In this document: positions 1 through 12,819 of the stretch, in pieces
Position numbering within the stretch: position 1 is the first letter of the stretch
Layout of the letters: every line of letters starts with the position of its first letter
Source of the DNA: Octopus bimaculoides
Taxonomy: Eukaryota
Direction: 5' to 3'
Assembly (NCBI RefSeq): GCF_001194135.2
Contig: NC_068993.1
Coordinates: 50,841,022 to 50,889,407 of the forward strand
DNA length: 48,386 bases
Position numbers and translations under genes: made by a program
Notes under the pieces: generated by a model
What the model was told of the DNA's origin: nothing
Databases searched by the model: none
The model's input: the letters and a program-made list of their open reading frames with translations, nothing else

Positions 1-343
1 CATAGGATCGCGGTTTCGATTCCCAGACCGGGCGTTGTGAGTGTTTATTGAGCGAAAACACCTAAAGCTCCACGAGGCTCCGGCAGGGGATGATGGCGAA
101 CCCTGCTGTACTCTTTCACCACAACTTTCTCTCACTCTTACTTCCTGTTTCTGTTGTGCCTGTAATTCAAAGGGTTAGCCTTGTCACACTGTGTCACGCT
201 GAATATCCCCGAGAACTACGTTAAGGGTACACGTGTCTGTGGAGTGCTCAGCCACTTGCATGTTAATTTCACCAGCAGGCTGTTCCGTTGATCGGATCAA
301 CTGGAACCCTCGACGTCGTAAGCGACGGAGTGCCAACAACAAC
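1..343 (+). mobile_element. tRNA-derived SINE, family A (young copy, head cut by window edge)
   Basis: About 96-97% identical to 15235-15504 (7 substitutions and 2 small indels by eye). B-box-like GTTTCGATTCC, 3' hairpin TTCCGTTGATC-G-GATCAACTGGAA and a (CAA)n tail. Confidence 0.9.
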
Positions 344-439
344 AGTGATTAGTCTAAAATATACGACGTTTATATTCTCCGTTTGCTACATTTGAACTTG
401 TGTTAAAGGTTTTCGTTGGGAAATAATGTAACGATAGAT

Positions 440-1600
440 AACACTCATAGATAAGCAATTCTTGGGGATGTCTATAAAAAATATACCGATCCCACCAAGG
501 GATGTATACATGGAACTCCTACTACAAAAGACTTATGATTTCATCATTCGGATGAGGTGGAGAGCCCTACATTTTGACCTGAAATCTAATCACCTTGAAC
601 ATTTTAATGAAAAGGACACTTACAACCTGAGTCCCACAAAATCCACCTCCAAACCCCGCATTGGCTAATTTTGAGAAAGATCTACTACATATGCTAAAAA
701 ACGTGAAATTCTCTAATTATACCAATTCCTTCCAGAAAGAACTGTCCAAAATTACATTTAAATAAGAACTTCACCACACGTGTATGGCTTCTCTAATAAA
801 ACTGACAATCTTACTCCCTTCCCTTGGAAACATATACTAATCTCATATCAAAGGAACTAAACACAAATTATAAAGATACACATAGAAAAGCTCTTAAGGA
901 GATTAATAACATCCATTGTAAGCTCATCGCTGATTTAAATTTACTAAATAGAACTGAACCATATACACCTAATCCGTCACCCCATTTCCCCCTGAAGTAC
1001 CACAAACCCAACTTCTACTATAAGCCTTCCATTCGACTCATCTGCCCCACAACATCTGACTTAGGTCGAATTAATAAATGTATTATTGACTGTATTCTAC
1101 ACCTTGTTAGAACTAATGTTAAGCTACCATTCTGGAGACTTGCACTGGAGACTTCATCACTTGATTTCACTCTCTTCATGATAAACAACACACGCATTTC
1201 CTTCAGTTCGACATTTCAAATTATTACTCAGCAATATCACCAGTTCTCTTAAATAAAGCCTTAATCTTTCCCCCCAAAATATGCTCCTATCTCCCGATCG
1301 GATGTCAATATCATCCTAGCTGCGAAGAACTCACTTTAAGGATTACTTCGATATAACCATGGCCTCATCGGACTCAGGCCAGGTCACCGACCTTGTGGGC
1401 TTATTCCTTCTCTCCCAAATTAAACAATAGTTGCCCAACCTATCCGGCGGACTATACAGAGAAGGCGCACTCCTTTCGGCAACTGGATTATCTCGACCGT
1501 CGGTGGAACGCACGAAGAAAGCCCCAAACAAATTCTTTAAGAACTACAACCTAAGTATTTCATTCGAAATCGATGATAAAGTGGCCAATTTCTTAGACAA
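440..1600 (+). pseudogene. Decayed Penelope-like retroelement reverse transcriptase (frameshifted, with stops, 3'-truncated)
   Basis: Frames join to give SIKNIPIP..FIIRMRWRALHF / ANFEKDLLHMLKNVKF / KPSIRLICPTTSDLGRI / FLQFDISNYYSAIS / FDITMASSDSGQVTDLVGLFLL / GLYREG (decayed GLYRDDG) / KVANFLD. These match PLE RT motifs from memory. No thumb or GIY-YIG domain follows. Confidence 0.85.
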
Positions 1601-1972
1601 CGTTTAACAATGGTGCAGCCGCATGCAGTATTGTGTCGTTTCTATGTTGTAATGTATAACGACTGGACTGTTTTAAATTCAAATACAGGTTCCGAACAAA
1701 TACAAACCAATGGAATATCCAAGCACGTGATGAGAACCTCCTAATCCTACATTCACCGCTTTTGCACCATTTTGGTTCCTTCAGACAACGTTTTACAGTG
1801 GTGCAGCCGCATGCAGTATTGTATCGTTTCTATGTTGTAATGTATAACGACTGGACTGTTTTAAATTCAAATACAGGTTCCCAACAAATACAAATCAATG
1901 GAATATCCATCCACGTGATGAGAACCTCCTAATCCTTCATTCACTGCTTTTGCGCCATTTTGGTTCCTTCAG
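1595..1972. repeat. 188-bp tandem duplication (2 copies) at the PLE truncation point
   Basis: AGACAACGTTT..TGGTGCAGCCGCATGCAG starts at 1595 and again at 1783; both copies end TTTTGGTTCCTTCAG. Confidence 0.95.
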
Positions 1973-2359
1973 CCAGCCACTTCTTCATCCTCTGTAGCCT
2001 TAACTCCTCTCACTACCACCCTCATTCTTTGTCATTTCTTTTGTATCTCTTTAAAGACTCTTCACTTCACTCCTTCCTAACACATACACACACGCTCTTA
2101 TAGTCTTTTCCTTTCCTCTGATTCTCTCTCCCGTTCACTTTTCTTTCACCTCTTCCTCTCTTTCCCCCTCTTTCCTCCCCCTTCTCCTTGTCACACCCTT
2201 TCTCACTGTCTCTGCTCTCTCGATTTCTTTTAATTCTCTTGTCTACCTTTCTCTCTCCTGTTTTCTTTGGATTTTGATAAACGAGAAACATCATGTTCAA
2301 TATTCAGACTGTCATTTTAGTCAATTTTATTGATAAATTCACAGAAAATAAGCAACACA

Positions 2360-2397
<38 letters not shown>

Positions 2398-3936
2398 ATT
2401 GCGTGCACAGCAATGGGTGAACAAATAACGCAAGCGTATGTATACATACGCATTGTAAAGATAAATAAAACCTGATTTCTACGAGAAACTTTCCATAATA
2501 ACAACAGCAGCAGCAACAACAAAAACAACAACAACAACAACCACAACAACAGGAATAACTACGAGAATTGCAACAAAACTAATAACAATTACAGTATCAG
2601 AAGAAACGACTAGAACAACAACAACAACTGTAACTTCGACAACGAGAGAGAAATGTTAAATAAGTTAGTACTGAGTGTGTGTATGCATGTATGTATGTAT
2701 GCATGTATGTATTCATCTGTGTATGTACGGATGTATGTATGTATGTATAGAGAGAGCAGTAGAGGAGAGAGAATGATATATATAAATATACATATATACC
2801 TATATATATATATANNNNNNNNNNNNNNNNNNNNNNNNNNNNNNNNNNNNNNNNNNNNNNNNNNNNNNNNNNNNNNNNNNNNNNNNNNNNNNNNNNNNNN
2901 NNNNNNNNNNNNNNNNNNNNNNNNNNNNNNNNNNNNNNNNNNNNNNNNNNNNNNNNNNNNNNNNNNNNNNNNNNNNNNNNNNNNNNNNNNNNNNNNNNNN
3001 NNNNNNNNNNNNNNNNNNNNNNNNNNNNNNNNNNNNNNNNNNNNNNNNNNNNNNNNNNNNNNNNNNNNNNNNNNNNNNNNNNNNNNNNNNNNNNNNNNNN
3101 NNNNNNNNNNNNNNNNNNNNNNNNNNNNNNNNNNNNNNNNNNNNNNNNNNNNNNNNNNNNNNNNNNNNNNNNNNNNNNNNNNNNNNNNNNNNNNNNNNNN
3201 NNNNNNNNNNNNNNNNNNNNNNNNNNNNNNNNNNNNNNNNNNNNNNNNNNNNNNNNNNNNNNNNNNNNNNNNNNNNNNNNNNNNNNNNNNNNNNNNNNNN
3301 NNNNNNNNNNNNNNNNNNNNNNNNNNNNNNNNNNNNNNNNNNNNNNNNNNNNNNNNNNNNNNNNNNNNNNNNNNNNNNNNNNNNNNNNNNNNNNNNNNNN
3401 NNNNNNNNNNNNNNNNNNNNNNNNNAAAGAAACGAAGCATGGAAAGAAAGAAGGAAAGAAAAGGAAGAAGTAATGAGAGACAAGTAAATAGAAAGAAACA
3501 ATAGAAAGAAAATGAATGAAGCAAAAAGTGAATTGTAAAAGAAAGAGAAAAAAAAATTGTGCGAGGGGAGGGGCACTGACACGTGACCTTTAGGAACTCT
3601 TCAAGAAAAATAACAGAGAAGTAAAGAAATAATGGCTGCGGTTTTGAATATACATACATACGGAGATGTTCGCATATACTTTCATACATACATGCATGCA
3701 TGAAGACGTACATACACTTACGTCCATAGATAGAGAGATCGATAGATAGATACGCATACATACATATATACATGCATACATACATACATACATATATACA
3801 TACGTGCATACATACATGCATGCATGCATGCACACACAATACGCATATGCATATGTTACATATATTTACATGTGTACATATACACATAGGTTATATATGT
3901 GGATATGTGTGTGTAAACATTCACATATCCATCCAG

Positions 3937-4009
<73 letters not shown>

Positions 4010-4603
4010 NNNNNNNNNNNNNNNNNNNNNNNNNNNNNNNNNNNNNNNNNNNNNNNNNNNNNNNNNNNNNNNNNNNNNNNNNNNNNNNNNNNNNNNNNNN
4101 NNNNNNNNNNNNNNNNNNNNNNNNNNNNNNNNNNNNNNNNNNNNNNNNNNNNNNNNNNNNNNNNNNNNNNNNNNNNNNNNNNNNNNNNNNNNNNNNNNNN
4201 NNNNNNNNNNNNNNNNNNNNNNNNNNNNNNNNNNNNNNNNNNNNNNNNNNNNNNNNNNNNNNNNNNNNNNNNNNNNNNNNNNNNNNNNNNNNNNNNNNNN
4301 NNNNNNNNNNNNNNNNNNNNNNNNNNNNNNNNNNNNNNNNNNNNNNNNNNNNNNNNNNNNNNNNNNNNNNNNNNNNNNNNNNNNNNNNNNNNNNNNNNNN
4401 NNGAGAGAGTGTGTGAGAGAGAGAGGGGTGAACGAGAGATGATTTTTGTTGTAGATACGCTACAAGAGTATGGAAAATATTGACGGCTGTCGATAACTTC
4501 AAACTTGGTTTCGATCTCGTTTTGTTTAATATTCTTTGTTTCTGTCTTAATCTTTATTTTTTGCTATTTTTTCTCCCCTCCCTTATTTAAATTTATTTTT
4601 CAG

Positions 4604-4622
4604 ATGTCTTAACCCGGGGTGG
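4604..4622 (+). CDS. Candidate 19-nt micro-exon of an unidentified gene
   Basis: Long polypyrimidine tract ending TTTTTCAG and a GTAGGT donor. No protein recognised. Confidence 0.2.
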
Positions 4623-5054
4623 GTAGGTTGTTTTAGGCCCAAAGAAGAAGACGGAGCAAAAAAACAAAAAAAAAAACGTATTCAATAGAAAACAATGAAA
4701 CGATCACTTTTTTGTTTAAACAAACAGCAGCGGTTAAAAGCGAAATTGGCGTTTACATGTCGTAGAAGAATACACGACCTTTATCAAAACAGCAAAACAC
4801 CTAGTTTCGATCTGACATCGTTATCGTTGTTGCTGTTATTGTTGTTGTTGTTGTTAGTTTTAGTTGTTGCAGGTCAGCTCCTATTCTGTAGACATACTGG
4901 CGGTATTATATGCATCATTTGCTGGAGAGACTTTGCTGCTAAATTTAATAGGTCGAGCGGGCTACGTTGAATCCTACCTTCGCTGATATTAATAACCAAA
5001 ATGCAGTATTTTGAAACGGGTAGAAAGCAGAAACGACTTCCCGGTGAATAACAG

Positions 5055-5175
5055 TCGTCGTGGCTTAATGGCTAGAGAGCTGACTTCACGAACGTAAGGC
5101 CGTGAGTTCGATTCTCGGACTGAATGAAGCGTTGTGTCCTTAAGTATGACGTTTTATTTAACATTGCTTCAGCTT
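5055..5175 (+). mobile_element. Diverged family A-type SINE head
   Basis: A-box TGGCTTAATGG, B-box GTTCGATTC, then TTGTGTCCTTAAG (CORE-like), similar to 8633-8908. Confidence 0.7.
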
Positions 5176-5452
5176 ATTCTGCTGGAAAAGGGATCTTTTA
5201 CTGATGTAGCTTTCTCTCCTTTTCCCTCTCTTCCTTGCTTTTCCCTTTGTCATTTCCTTCGCCTCCCGCTGTCATATTCTCGATGTCCTCTGGATCGAGA
5301 AAAGATCAGAGAAATTGTCTGTGTCTGCTTGCCTCTTTATAGACACTTAAAGCAATTAGCGATGGTGTGGTACAAAATAACTAATCATATTTGCTCCCAA
5401 TTGACGGCTATGTTTATTTACATGACAGAATGCAACAAGTAACGCGGTAGCC

Positions 5453-5474
5453 AAACATGCTTCGAAGCATGTTA
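5453..5474. promoter_or_regulatory. Perfect 20-bp palindrome resembling a p53-family response element
   Basis: AACATGCTTCGAAGCATGTT at 5454-5473. Half-sites AAACATGCTT (perfect RRRCWWGYYY) and AAGCATGTTA (1 mismatch) with a 2-bp spacer. Confidence 0.25.
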
Positions 5475-5904
5475 GTGAACCAGATTTCTCTTTATTGTCT
5501 TAAATCTGCGCCTATATTATCTTGTAACATTTAAAGTGAAATCTCAGCAGTTAATTTCCCTTACCTGTTCACAACATAGTTTCATTTTTTTAATGATAAA
5601 ATCTGCTCGAAACGTTATATATTGTAACTCCTGTCAACATACTAATCTACACCATACTTTATTTTTTTATAGTTAAGTGAAAGGTTATGACATGAAAGTC
5701 AATATTCCACCATCATCATGGCTATATGTCTATAATTCATACATTTCACTTTCGTCGGCTGACTTCAATGAGATGTGTAAATTGATATCATTTCAGGACT
5801 GAATTCAGTACTGGAATTTTAGAATCCCGGTTTAATGACCGACGTGCTGCCAGAGCACTGGGAGTGGGGCATCCCTTAAATTTTATTAAAACATGTCTGT
5901 AGGA

Positions 5905-6190
5905 GAAAGAGAAAACACTACTATGTCCATGATTATACCGTCGATTTATCTGCCTGGAACGTCAGTACTTGGCGGCCACAGAAGAATGCAAATTAGAACA
6001 AGGACAACTTCAAACAAATCCCTCAATGCATGTGAATTCCTTCGAAGTTACGAAGGCTAAAAGTGTTAGTCAGACAGTTATTTCCGGTTGGAAAATTACT
6101 TGGAGTTCACTGGCGATATTCATCCCAAACGGAGTGCGGAGTTTCAACAAACAGTTGAGTCTGAACATCTCGGAAATCAGTTACTAGGAT
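5905..6190 (+). mobile_element. Possible decayed LINE (RTE-like) AP-endonuclease N-terminal fragment
   Basis: Frameshifted peptides LSAWNVSTW and GWKITWSS..NGVRSFNKQL..ISEISY resemble the TWNVRTL and GY..WSG..GVG motifs. The similarity is weak. Confidence 0.3.
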
Positions 6191-6502
6191 GAGAAACTTT
6201 ATTCATTTAGAACCCTAATTACACATTAAATTCCTTCTACATGATTAATGCCGTAAAGTCAATGTCTATACGTCTGTATGTCTATATGTATGAATGTATG
6301 TATGCGTGTGTATGTATGTGTGTGTATGTATGAATGTATGTATGTTTATATGTATGTACATATGTATATATGTATGTGTGTATGTATGTATATACGTATG
6401 TGTATGTTTGTATTTATATGTATGTATACATGTATGTATGTGTGTATATGTATGTATGTATGTATGTATGTAGATATGTAGGAATGCGTGTATATATCTG
6501 TA

Positions 6503-6750
6503 AAGGCGCGTGGCCTAGTGGGTAGAGTATTCGGCTCAAAGTCGTGGGGCCGTGAGTTCATTCCACATTGCTTCAGTCCACTCAGCTGAGTGGTACCTAT
6601 AATTCAAAAGTCCAGCCTTGTCGCATTCTGTGTCACGCTGAATCTTCCAGGGAACCACGCGTGCCTGTGGAGTGCTCAGCCGCTTTAAACGTTAATTTCC
6701 TTTGATCGGATCAACTGGAAGCCATCTTCGTCGTAACCGACGGAGTGCCT
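6503..6750 (+). mobile_element. Diverged, internally deleted family A-type SINE
   Basis: A-box TGGCCTAGTGG. Shares GTCACGCTGAAT..GTGGAGTGCTCAGCC..GATCGGATCAACTGGAA..GACGGAGTGCC with 1-343. Confidence 0.85.
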
Positions 6751-7214
6751 CTTAGAAAACGTATGTATGTATGCATGGATAGATGAACGGATGCATAGGT
6801 GTATGGATGGTTGTATTTATGGGCATGTGTGTGTGTATTCTGAGACCGGCTTCTGTAATCCAGTTTCATCGAAATTAGCAACGAATGTCTAAATCACGCA
6901 TACAGCCATGCGTTGGCATTCATCTGAAACACACTCGCGCACACATACACACGTTCACGCACGCACACGCATGCGCCCGCCCGCGCGCTCACTCACACGC
7001 ACACGCACCATATACCGTAAACAAATACTTGTTAAATGAGAAAATGGTATCGCAATTAACACTTTTTAAGTTGCTACTTATTAAAGTATATACGACCACA
7101 TCACATCACATCAATAGTCTACCACAGAAGTGTTTATGACTAAAGCTAAGGATATTAAATTCAGAAAAATCTTATTCATGTATCCATTTATTTATCATCA
7201 TCATCACCATCACA

Positions 7215-7279
<65 letters not shown>

Positions 7280-7965
7280 CATCATCATTATTATCTCTGT
7301 CTTTCATTTTTTTTTTTTTACTTTCGTAGATTCGATTCTGTGTTTCTGAGTTTCAAATTTGACATATACATGTTATTTTACGTTTTCATCTGTCTCTCTA
7401 AATAATAATTTTATTTTATAAAAGTTATTCCCCACTCACGCTCATTTTCTAATGTTGTTTCCAAATGAATAATACGTATCTTAAATGTCAAAGAATATAG
7501 AACAATTTTACAAATCTAATTTTTCAACTTCGCTAACAAAGTAGGATTCACAGGAATCTACGAACACGAAGAAAAAAAATATATGGAAATAAATGGAATA
7601 TACATATATATATATTTACAAATGTATGTATAATATGTAGGTATAAATGTATGTTTATGTATATANNNNNNNNNNNNNNNNNNNNNNNNNNNNNNNNNNN
7701 NNNNNNNNNNNNNNNNNNNNNNNNNNNNNNNNNNNNNNNNNNNNNNNNNNNNNNNNNNNNNNNNNNNNNNNNNNNNNNNNNNNNNNNNNNNNNNNNNNNN
7801 NNNNNNNNNNNNNNNNNNNNNNNNNNNNNNNNNNNNNNNNNNNNNNNNNNNNNNNNNNNNNNNNNNNNNNNNNNNNNNNNNNNNNNNNNNNNNNNNNNNN
7901 NNNNNNNNNNNNNNNNNNNNNNNNNNNNNNNNNNNNNNNNNNNNNNNNNNNNNNNNNNNNNNNNN

Positions 7966-8012
<47 letters not shown>

Positions 8013-8223
8013 AGAAAGAGAGAGACAGAGAGGGAGTGAGAGAGAAACGGAAACAAGGTGGGAGCAGCTGTATGATTATATACGTATAGCTGAATTTTGT
8101 TGTGTGGAGACAATTTGTATCTCTCACTCGCGAATTGATGTGTTCTTCACATCATAATACAACGTGTATGCGTGTGTTGGAACATATATATGTATATAGA
8201 TATATAAGAATGTGTGTATATAC

Positions 8224-8545
8224 ATTCTTTTATTCTTTTGCTTGTTTCAGGCATGTCACTTCAGCCATGCTGGAGCACAGCTTTTAGTCGAATACATCGA
8301 ACCCACGACTTATTTTTCGTAAGCCTAGTACTTATTTTATCAGTCTCATTTGCCGAACCGCTAGACTACAGGAACGTGGACACAGCAACATCGGTTCTTA
8401 CGCGATGGTGGCGGTGTGGGGGTCAAACACAGACACACAAATACACACATACGACGGGCTTTTTACAGTTTTCTGTCTACCAAATGCACTCACAAGGCTT
8501 TGGTCGGCCCGATGTTATAGTAAGAGACACCTGCCCAGGTGGTTA
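8224..8545 (-). mobile_element. Bipartite SINE (B head fragment, microsatellite linker, C tail)
   Basis: Reverse complement of the GGGCCGACCAAAGCCTTGTGAGTG and CCAGCATGGC modules seen at 32180-32505. Confidence 0.85.
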
Positions 8546-8632
8546 ACTCGCAGTCACTCCTGCGCTTACACCCATATACATATTTATGTGTGTGAGTATG
8601 TGTGTGTGTGTGTGTGTTTGCGCGCGTGCGCG

Positions 8633-8908
8633 AAGGCACGTAACTTAGTGGTTAGGGCATTCGACTCACGATCACAAGGTTCTGAGTTCGACTCCCGGCG
8701 GCGCGTTATGTCCTTGAGCAAGACACTTTATTTCATGTTGCTCCAGTCCACTCAGCCTCGACGTATTCTGTGTTATACTGAATCTCCGTGAGAAATACAT
8801 TAAGAGTATGCTTGTCTGTGGCGTGCTCAGCCACATGCATGTGAATTTCACGAGCAGACTATTCCGCAGATCGGATCAACTGGAACCCTCGTCATCGAAA
8901 CTGACGGA
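8633..8908 (+). mobile_element. Family A-type SINE with CORE-like central segment
   Basis: tRNA head (GTTCGACTCC B-box), TGTCCTTGAGCAAGACACTT..GTCCACTCAGC, and the family A 3' tail. Ends at a gap. Confidence 0.85.
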
Positions 8909-9969
8909 TATATANNNNNNNNNNNNNNNNNNNNNNNNNNNNNNNNNNNNNNNNNNNNNNNNNNNNNNNNNNNNNNNNNNNNNNNNNNNNNNNNNNNNNN
9001 NNNNNNNNNNNNNNNNNNNNNNNNNNNNNNNNNNNNNNNNNNNNNNNNNNNNNNNNNNNNNNNNNNNNNNNNNNNNNNNNNNNNNNNNNNNNNNNNNNNN
9101 NNNNNNNNNNNNNNNNNNNNNNNNNNNNNNNNNNNNNNNNNNNNNNNNNNNNNNNNNNNNNNNNNNNNNNNNNNNNNNNNNNNNNNNNNNNNNNNNNNNN
9201 NNNNNNNNNNNNNNNNNNNNNNNNNNNNNNNNNNNNNNNNNNNNNNNNNNNNNNNNNNNNNNNNNNNNNNNNNNNNNNNNNNNNNNNNNNNNNNNNNNNN
9301 NNNNNNNNNNNNNNNNNNNNNNNNNNNNNNNNNNNNNNNNNNNNNNNNNNNNNNNNNNNNNNNNNNNNNNNNNNNNNNNNNNNNNNNNNNNNNNNNNNNN
9401 NNNNNNNNNNNNNNNNNNNNNNNNNNNNNNNNNNNNNNNNNNNNNNNNNNNNNNNNNNNNNNNNNNNNNNNNNNNNNNNNNNNNNNNNNNNNNNNNNNNN
9501 NNNNNNNNNNNNNNNNNNNNNNNNNNNNNNNNNNNNNNNNNNNNNNNNNNNNNNNNNNNNNNNNNNNNNNNNNNNNNNNNNNNNNNNNNNNNNNNNNNNN
9601 NNNNNNNNNNNNNNNNNNNNNNNNNNNNNNNNNNNNNNNNNNNNNNNNNNNNNNNNNNNNNNNNNNNNNNNNNNNNNNNNNNNNNNNNNNNNNNNNNNNN
9701 NNNNNNNNNNNNNNNNNNNNNNNNNNNNNNNNNNNNNNNNNNNNNNNNNNNNNNNNNNNNNNNNNNNNNNNNNNNNNNNNNNNNNNNNNNNNNNNNNAAA
9801 GAAAGAAAGAAAAAAAGAAATAAAGAAAGAAAGAACTGAATTAAGAACAATCCTGAAGTTAATATTTCCAGAAAATTAGGGTTTAACACGCCATAGCGGA
9901 AACAAATCTGATAGCGAGCAAAGATTAAGAATATATCAATGTATATTTTAGGCAAAATGTCTGTAGGCG

Positions 9970-9987
9970 ATAATAATAATAATAATG

Positions 9988-10063
<76 letters not shown>
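9970..10063. repeat. (AAT)n microsatellite
   Basis: About 31 near-perfect units. Confidence 0.95.
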
Positions 10064-10064
<1 letters not shown>

Positions 10065-10278
10065 GAAAACGTAAAGAAATTGTAATTTAAATACTTTATT
10101 TATTTTTCGGCTTATAAACTATTACATTACGTTGAACGTATTCTGAGGATAGAGTAATGCAATGCAGGTTTACATACATAAATCTATATGCTTAGACATA
10201 CACATATGCATAACATATGAATGGCATACAACCGCATTGCATAAAATACAGATAAACACACACACACACATACATACG

Positions 10279-10313
<35 letters not shown>

Positions 10314-10743
10314 GTAAGCGTGTACATGAATATGTGCACATACACACATATATGCACACACACGATCGCATACGCATACATACATATACATATGAATACA
10401 TATCTACGTTCATATACGCGTACATACATAAATGGGAAAAAAAATTACCTTATCCAGGACGAGTTCTCATTGGGCTCTGCAGACACGTGTAGGCAGTAAA
10501 TTTTTTCGCTGTTGCAGAGGAAAAGCTTTCGCTACAGCAATCCTCCTTCCCATTTAACATACTGACAATGGTTCTCTCTAATGAAGTTCCAGAAACTGTA
10601 CAGTTTAATTATTAAATATGCATTCAATTATATATTTCTACTGTGTGATTTGTTCCAGATATTGAATCCTATAATATTACTATTATATATACACTATTTG
10701 TAGTTTCTCTGAATATATGAATATATTCAAATGATTTCTTTCA

Positions 10744-10788
<45 letters not shown>

Positions 10789-10789
<1 letters not shown>

Positions 10790-10968
10790 GCGCAGGAATG
10801 AATGTGTGGTAAGAAGCTTGCTTCCCAACCACATGGTTCCGGTTTCATTTCCACTGCGTGGCACCTTTGGCAAGTGTATTCTAGTATAGACTCGGGCCAA
10901 GACCAAAGCCTTGTGAGTGGATTTGGTAGACGGAAATTGAAAGAGTAGAAATGACGCTCATTCGTCGT
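10789..10968 (+). mobile_element. Family B SINE (tRNA head plus CORE-like segment)
   Basis: GGCGCAGG..GTGTGGTAAG..GGCACCTTTGGCAAGTGT..GACCAAAGCCTTGTGAGTGGATTTGGTAGACGGAAA, repeated many times in the window. Confidence 0.9.
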
Positions 10969-11817
10969 ATAGAGGAAAATGTCTAGAGAGGAGGAAAAGG
11001 CCGAAGGAATAGATAGTCCGGGGAAAAGCATGCGTGTTGTTACATGGTCAAGACATAACTGACCGGAAGTTGGAGACAGATAGGAGAATTCGAAAATGGC
11101 CATTAGTACAAACTTCGTGTCACACTTCGTTGATATTAGTGTTATATAAAGATCCTTAAGCTTATGTGTCTGTGTTAAAGTGTATGTGTGTGTGTATCTT
11201 ATTGGACGTCAAAGCTTCGCACCATTGCAACTCTGTGTTTTCATAGCATGTTATAAGTTATCTATACATATACGCACATTTTCTCTCGTTTGTACATTAT
11301 ACACGTGCATCCACGCACGCGCAGATGCACACACTCACATGTGCACACATATTGTACTTGAGGTTATGTGTGAGTAAAATCTATGTTGAGTTTCAGAGTC
11401 CTTCGTTCGTGTCGATGGAAATCAAAGTGATCTTAATACACATTGTTTCTCAAACTTTGACAGTCATGGGAAATCGTTACACTCATTTGAAGCCCAACGA
11501 AATATGAAAACCAACAAAATTTAGACCCTAATTGTTTAGTAGGAATTTTACCCGATATCTCCAATGGATGAAAATATTATTTCTTCTGTTTAATGACCAT
11601 GATACTTAGATTTGGATGTATTTCCAATAAATACACTGAACATCTTTCTTTCCATGTGGTTGTACGACAGCTCGATTTCTAAAGGGCCTCTTTGATGTAA
11701 TAAAGAATACGTGCTAATTCTATCTCTGCTTCTGAAAGCGTATGTGTGCTGGTGGAGTCTAATTTTTAAGGTGTGCTATGTGAGACCAATTTATCATGAT
11801 CCCACCACCTAATATTC

Positions 11818-12012
11818 GTTTCAGATTTTGGCACAAGGCCAACAATTTCGGGGAAGCGAGTAAAAGTCGATTATCTCGACCCTTGTGCTCAACTGGTACT
11901 AATTTTATCGGGCTTAAAAAGATTAAAGGCAAAGTCGATTTTAACGGAATTTGAACTCAGAACGTAAAGGCGGAGCGAATGCTGCTAAGAATTTTGCCCA
12001 GTGTGCTAACAA
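11818..12012 (-). mobile_element. Family D SINE
   Basis: Reverse complement of the 25127-25330 module (CTGAGTTCAAATTCC..TTTGCCTTT..GATAAAAT..GTACCAGT..GGCCTTGTGCCAAA). Confidence 0.85.
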
Positions 12013-12819
12013 ACCACCACCTAATATAGTGGCTCAGTATATCACTGCCTTAAGACTGCCGTTCTAGGTGTAAATTCAGTTATAAGTTTGCTTTAGATGA
12101 TATAGTGAAAGGTTTAGGTAAAGTTGGTTATGTAATAATAGAAGTTATGGCAGTAGATATTATTCTTTAGCTACAAGTTAATACTGATGCAAAAGACATT
12201 GTGAAAAGCATTTCAGCCGTGTTCGTCTCAACCTTTTAATCGTAACGCTCCAGTATCTAGTGTATCAGTGTATCCTTTCGTTATGGAAAAGAGTAGAGCT
12301 GAGTAGAGGTCCATTTCGCTATCGTCTTTAGCATGTCAAACATCGACGCAGCAGATAGCTCGTTAGTAAGGACAGTGAGGATGAAGAGAAAGAAAAGAAT
12401 GAAGAGAAGGACGAAGATGAAGAAAGAGAGATGAAGAAGAGAAGGAATAGGAGAAGCTAAGTAGGAGGAGGGTGAGTAGGGGTGGTGGTAAGTTTGAGTC
12501 GAGGTGGATTTGAATAAGTGAAAACACAAAAGAAAAATGAAAGAATCACTACCAAAGAAGAGAAGAAGGAAGAGTTGGAGGGGAGGCGGTTGGTCTTCTA
12601 TAAGAAGTGTCTTCCTAGCAGGATAAGTGTATGGAGAAGGAAGCCATTGATGTGTACATGCTCTGAAGGTGTTTATAGTAGTTTGCGTTTTGTTTTTGTC
12701 TTTTTTTTTTATCATTTTTACCAAATAATCGGTCACCTTTGTTGTAATCAACATCGATATTTCTGCAGCTTTAATAGTTTTTCGTCACTAAGAACTGCTA
12801 CAACTGGTATTTTTCCGCC

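Noticed and set aside
10449-10560. Minus-strand frame with in-frame TGA (..RVCRAQ*ELVLDK) as a selenoprotein exon
   Set aside because: No homology or SECIS evidence. An alternative frame is open, and a stronger acceptor lies on the plus strand.
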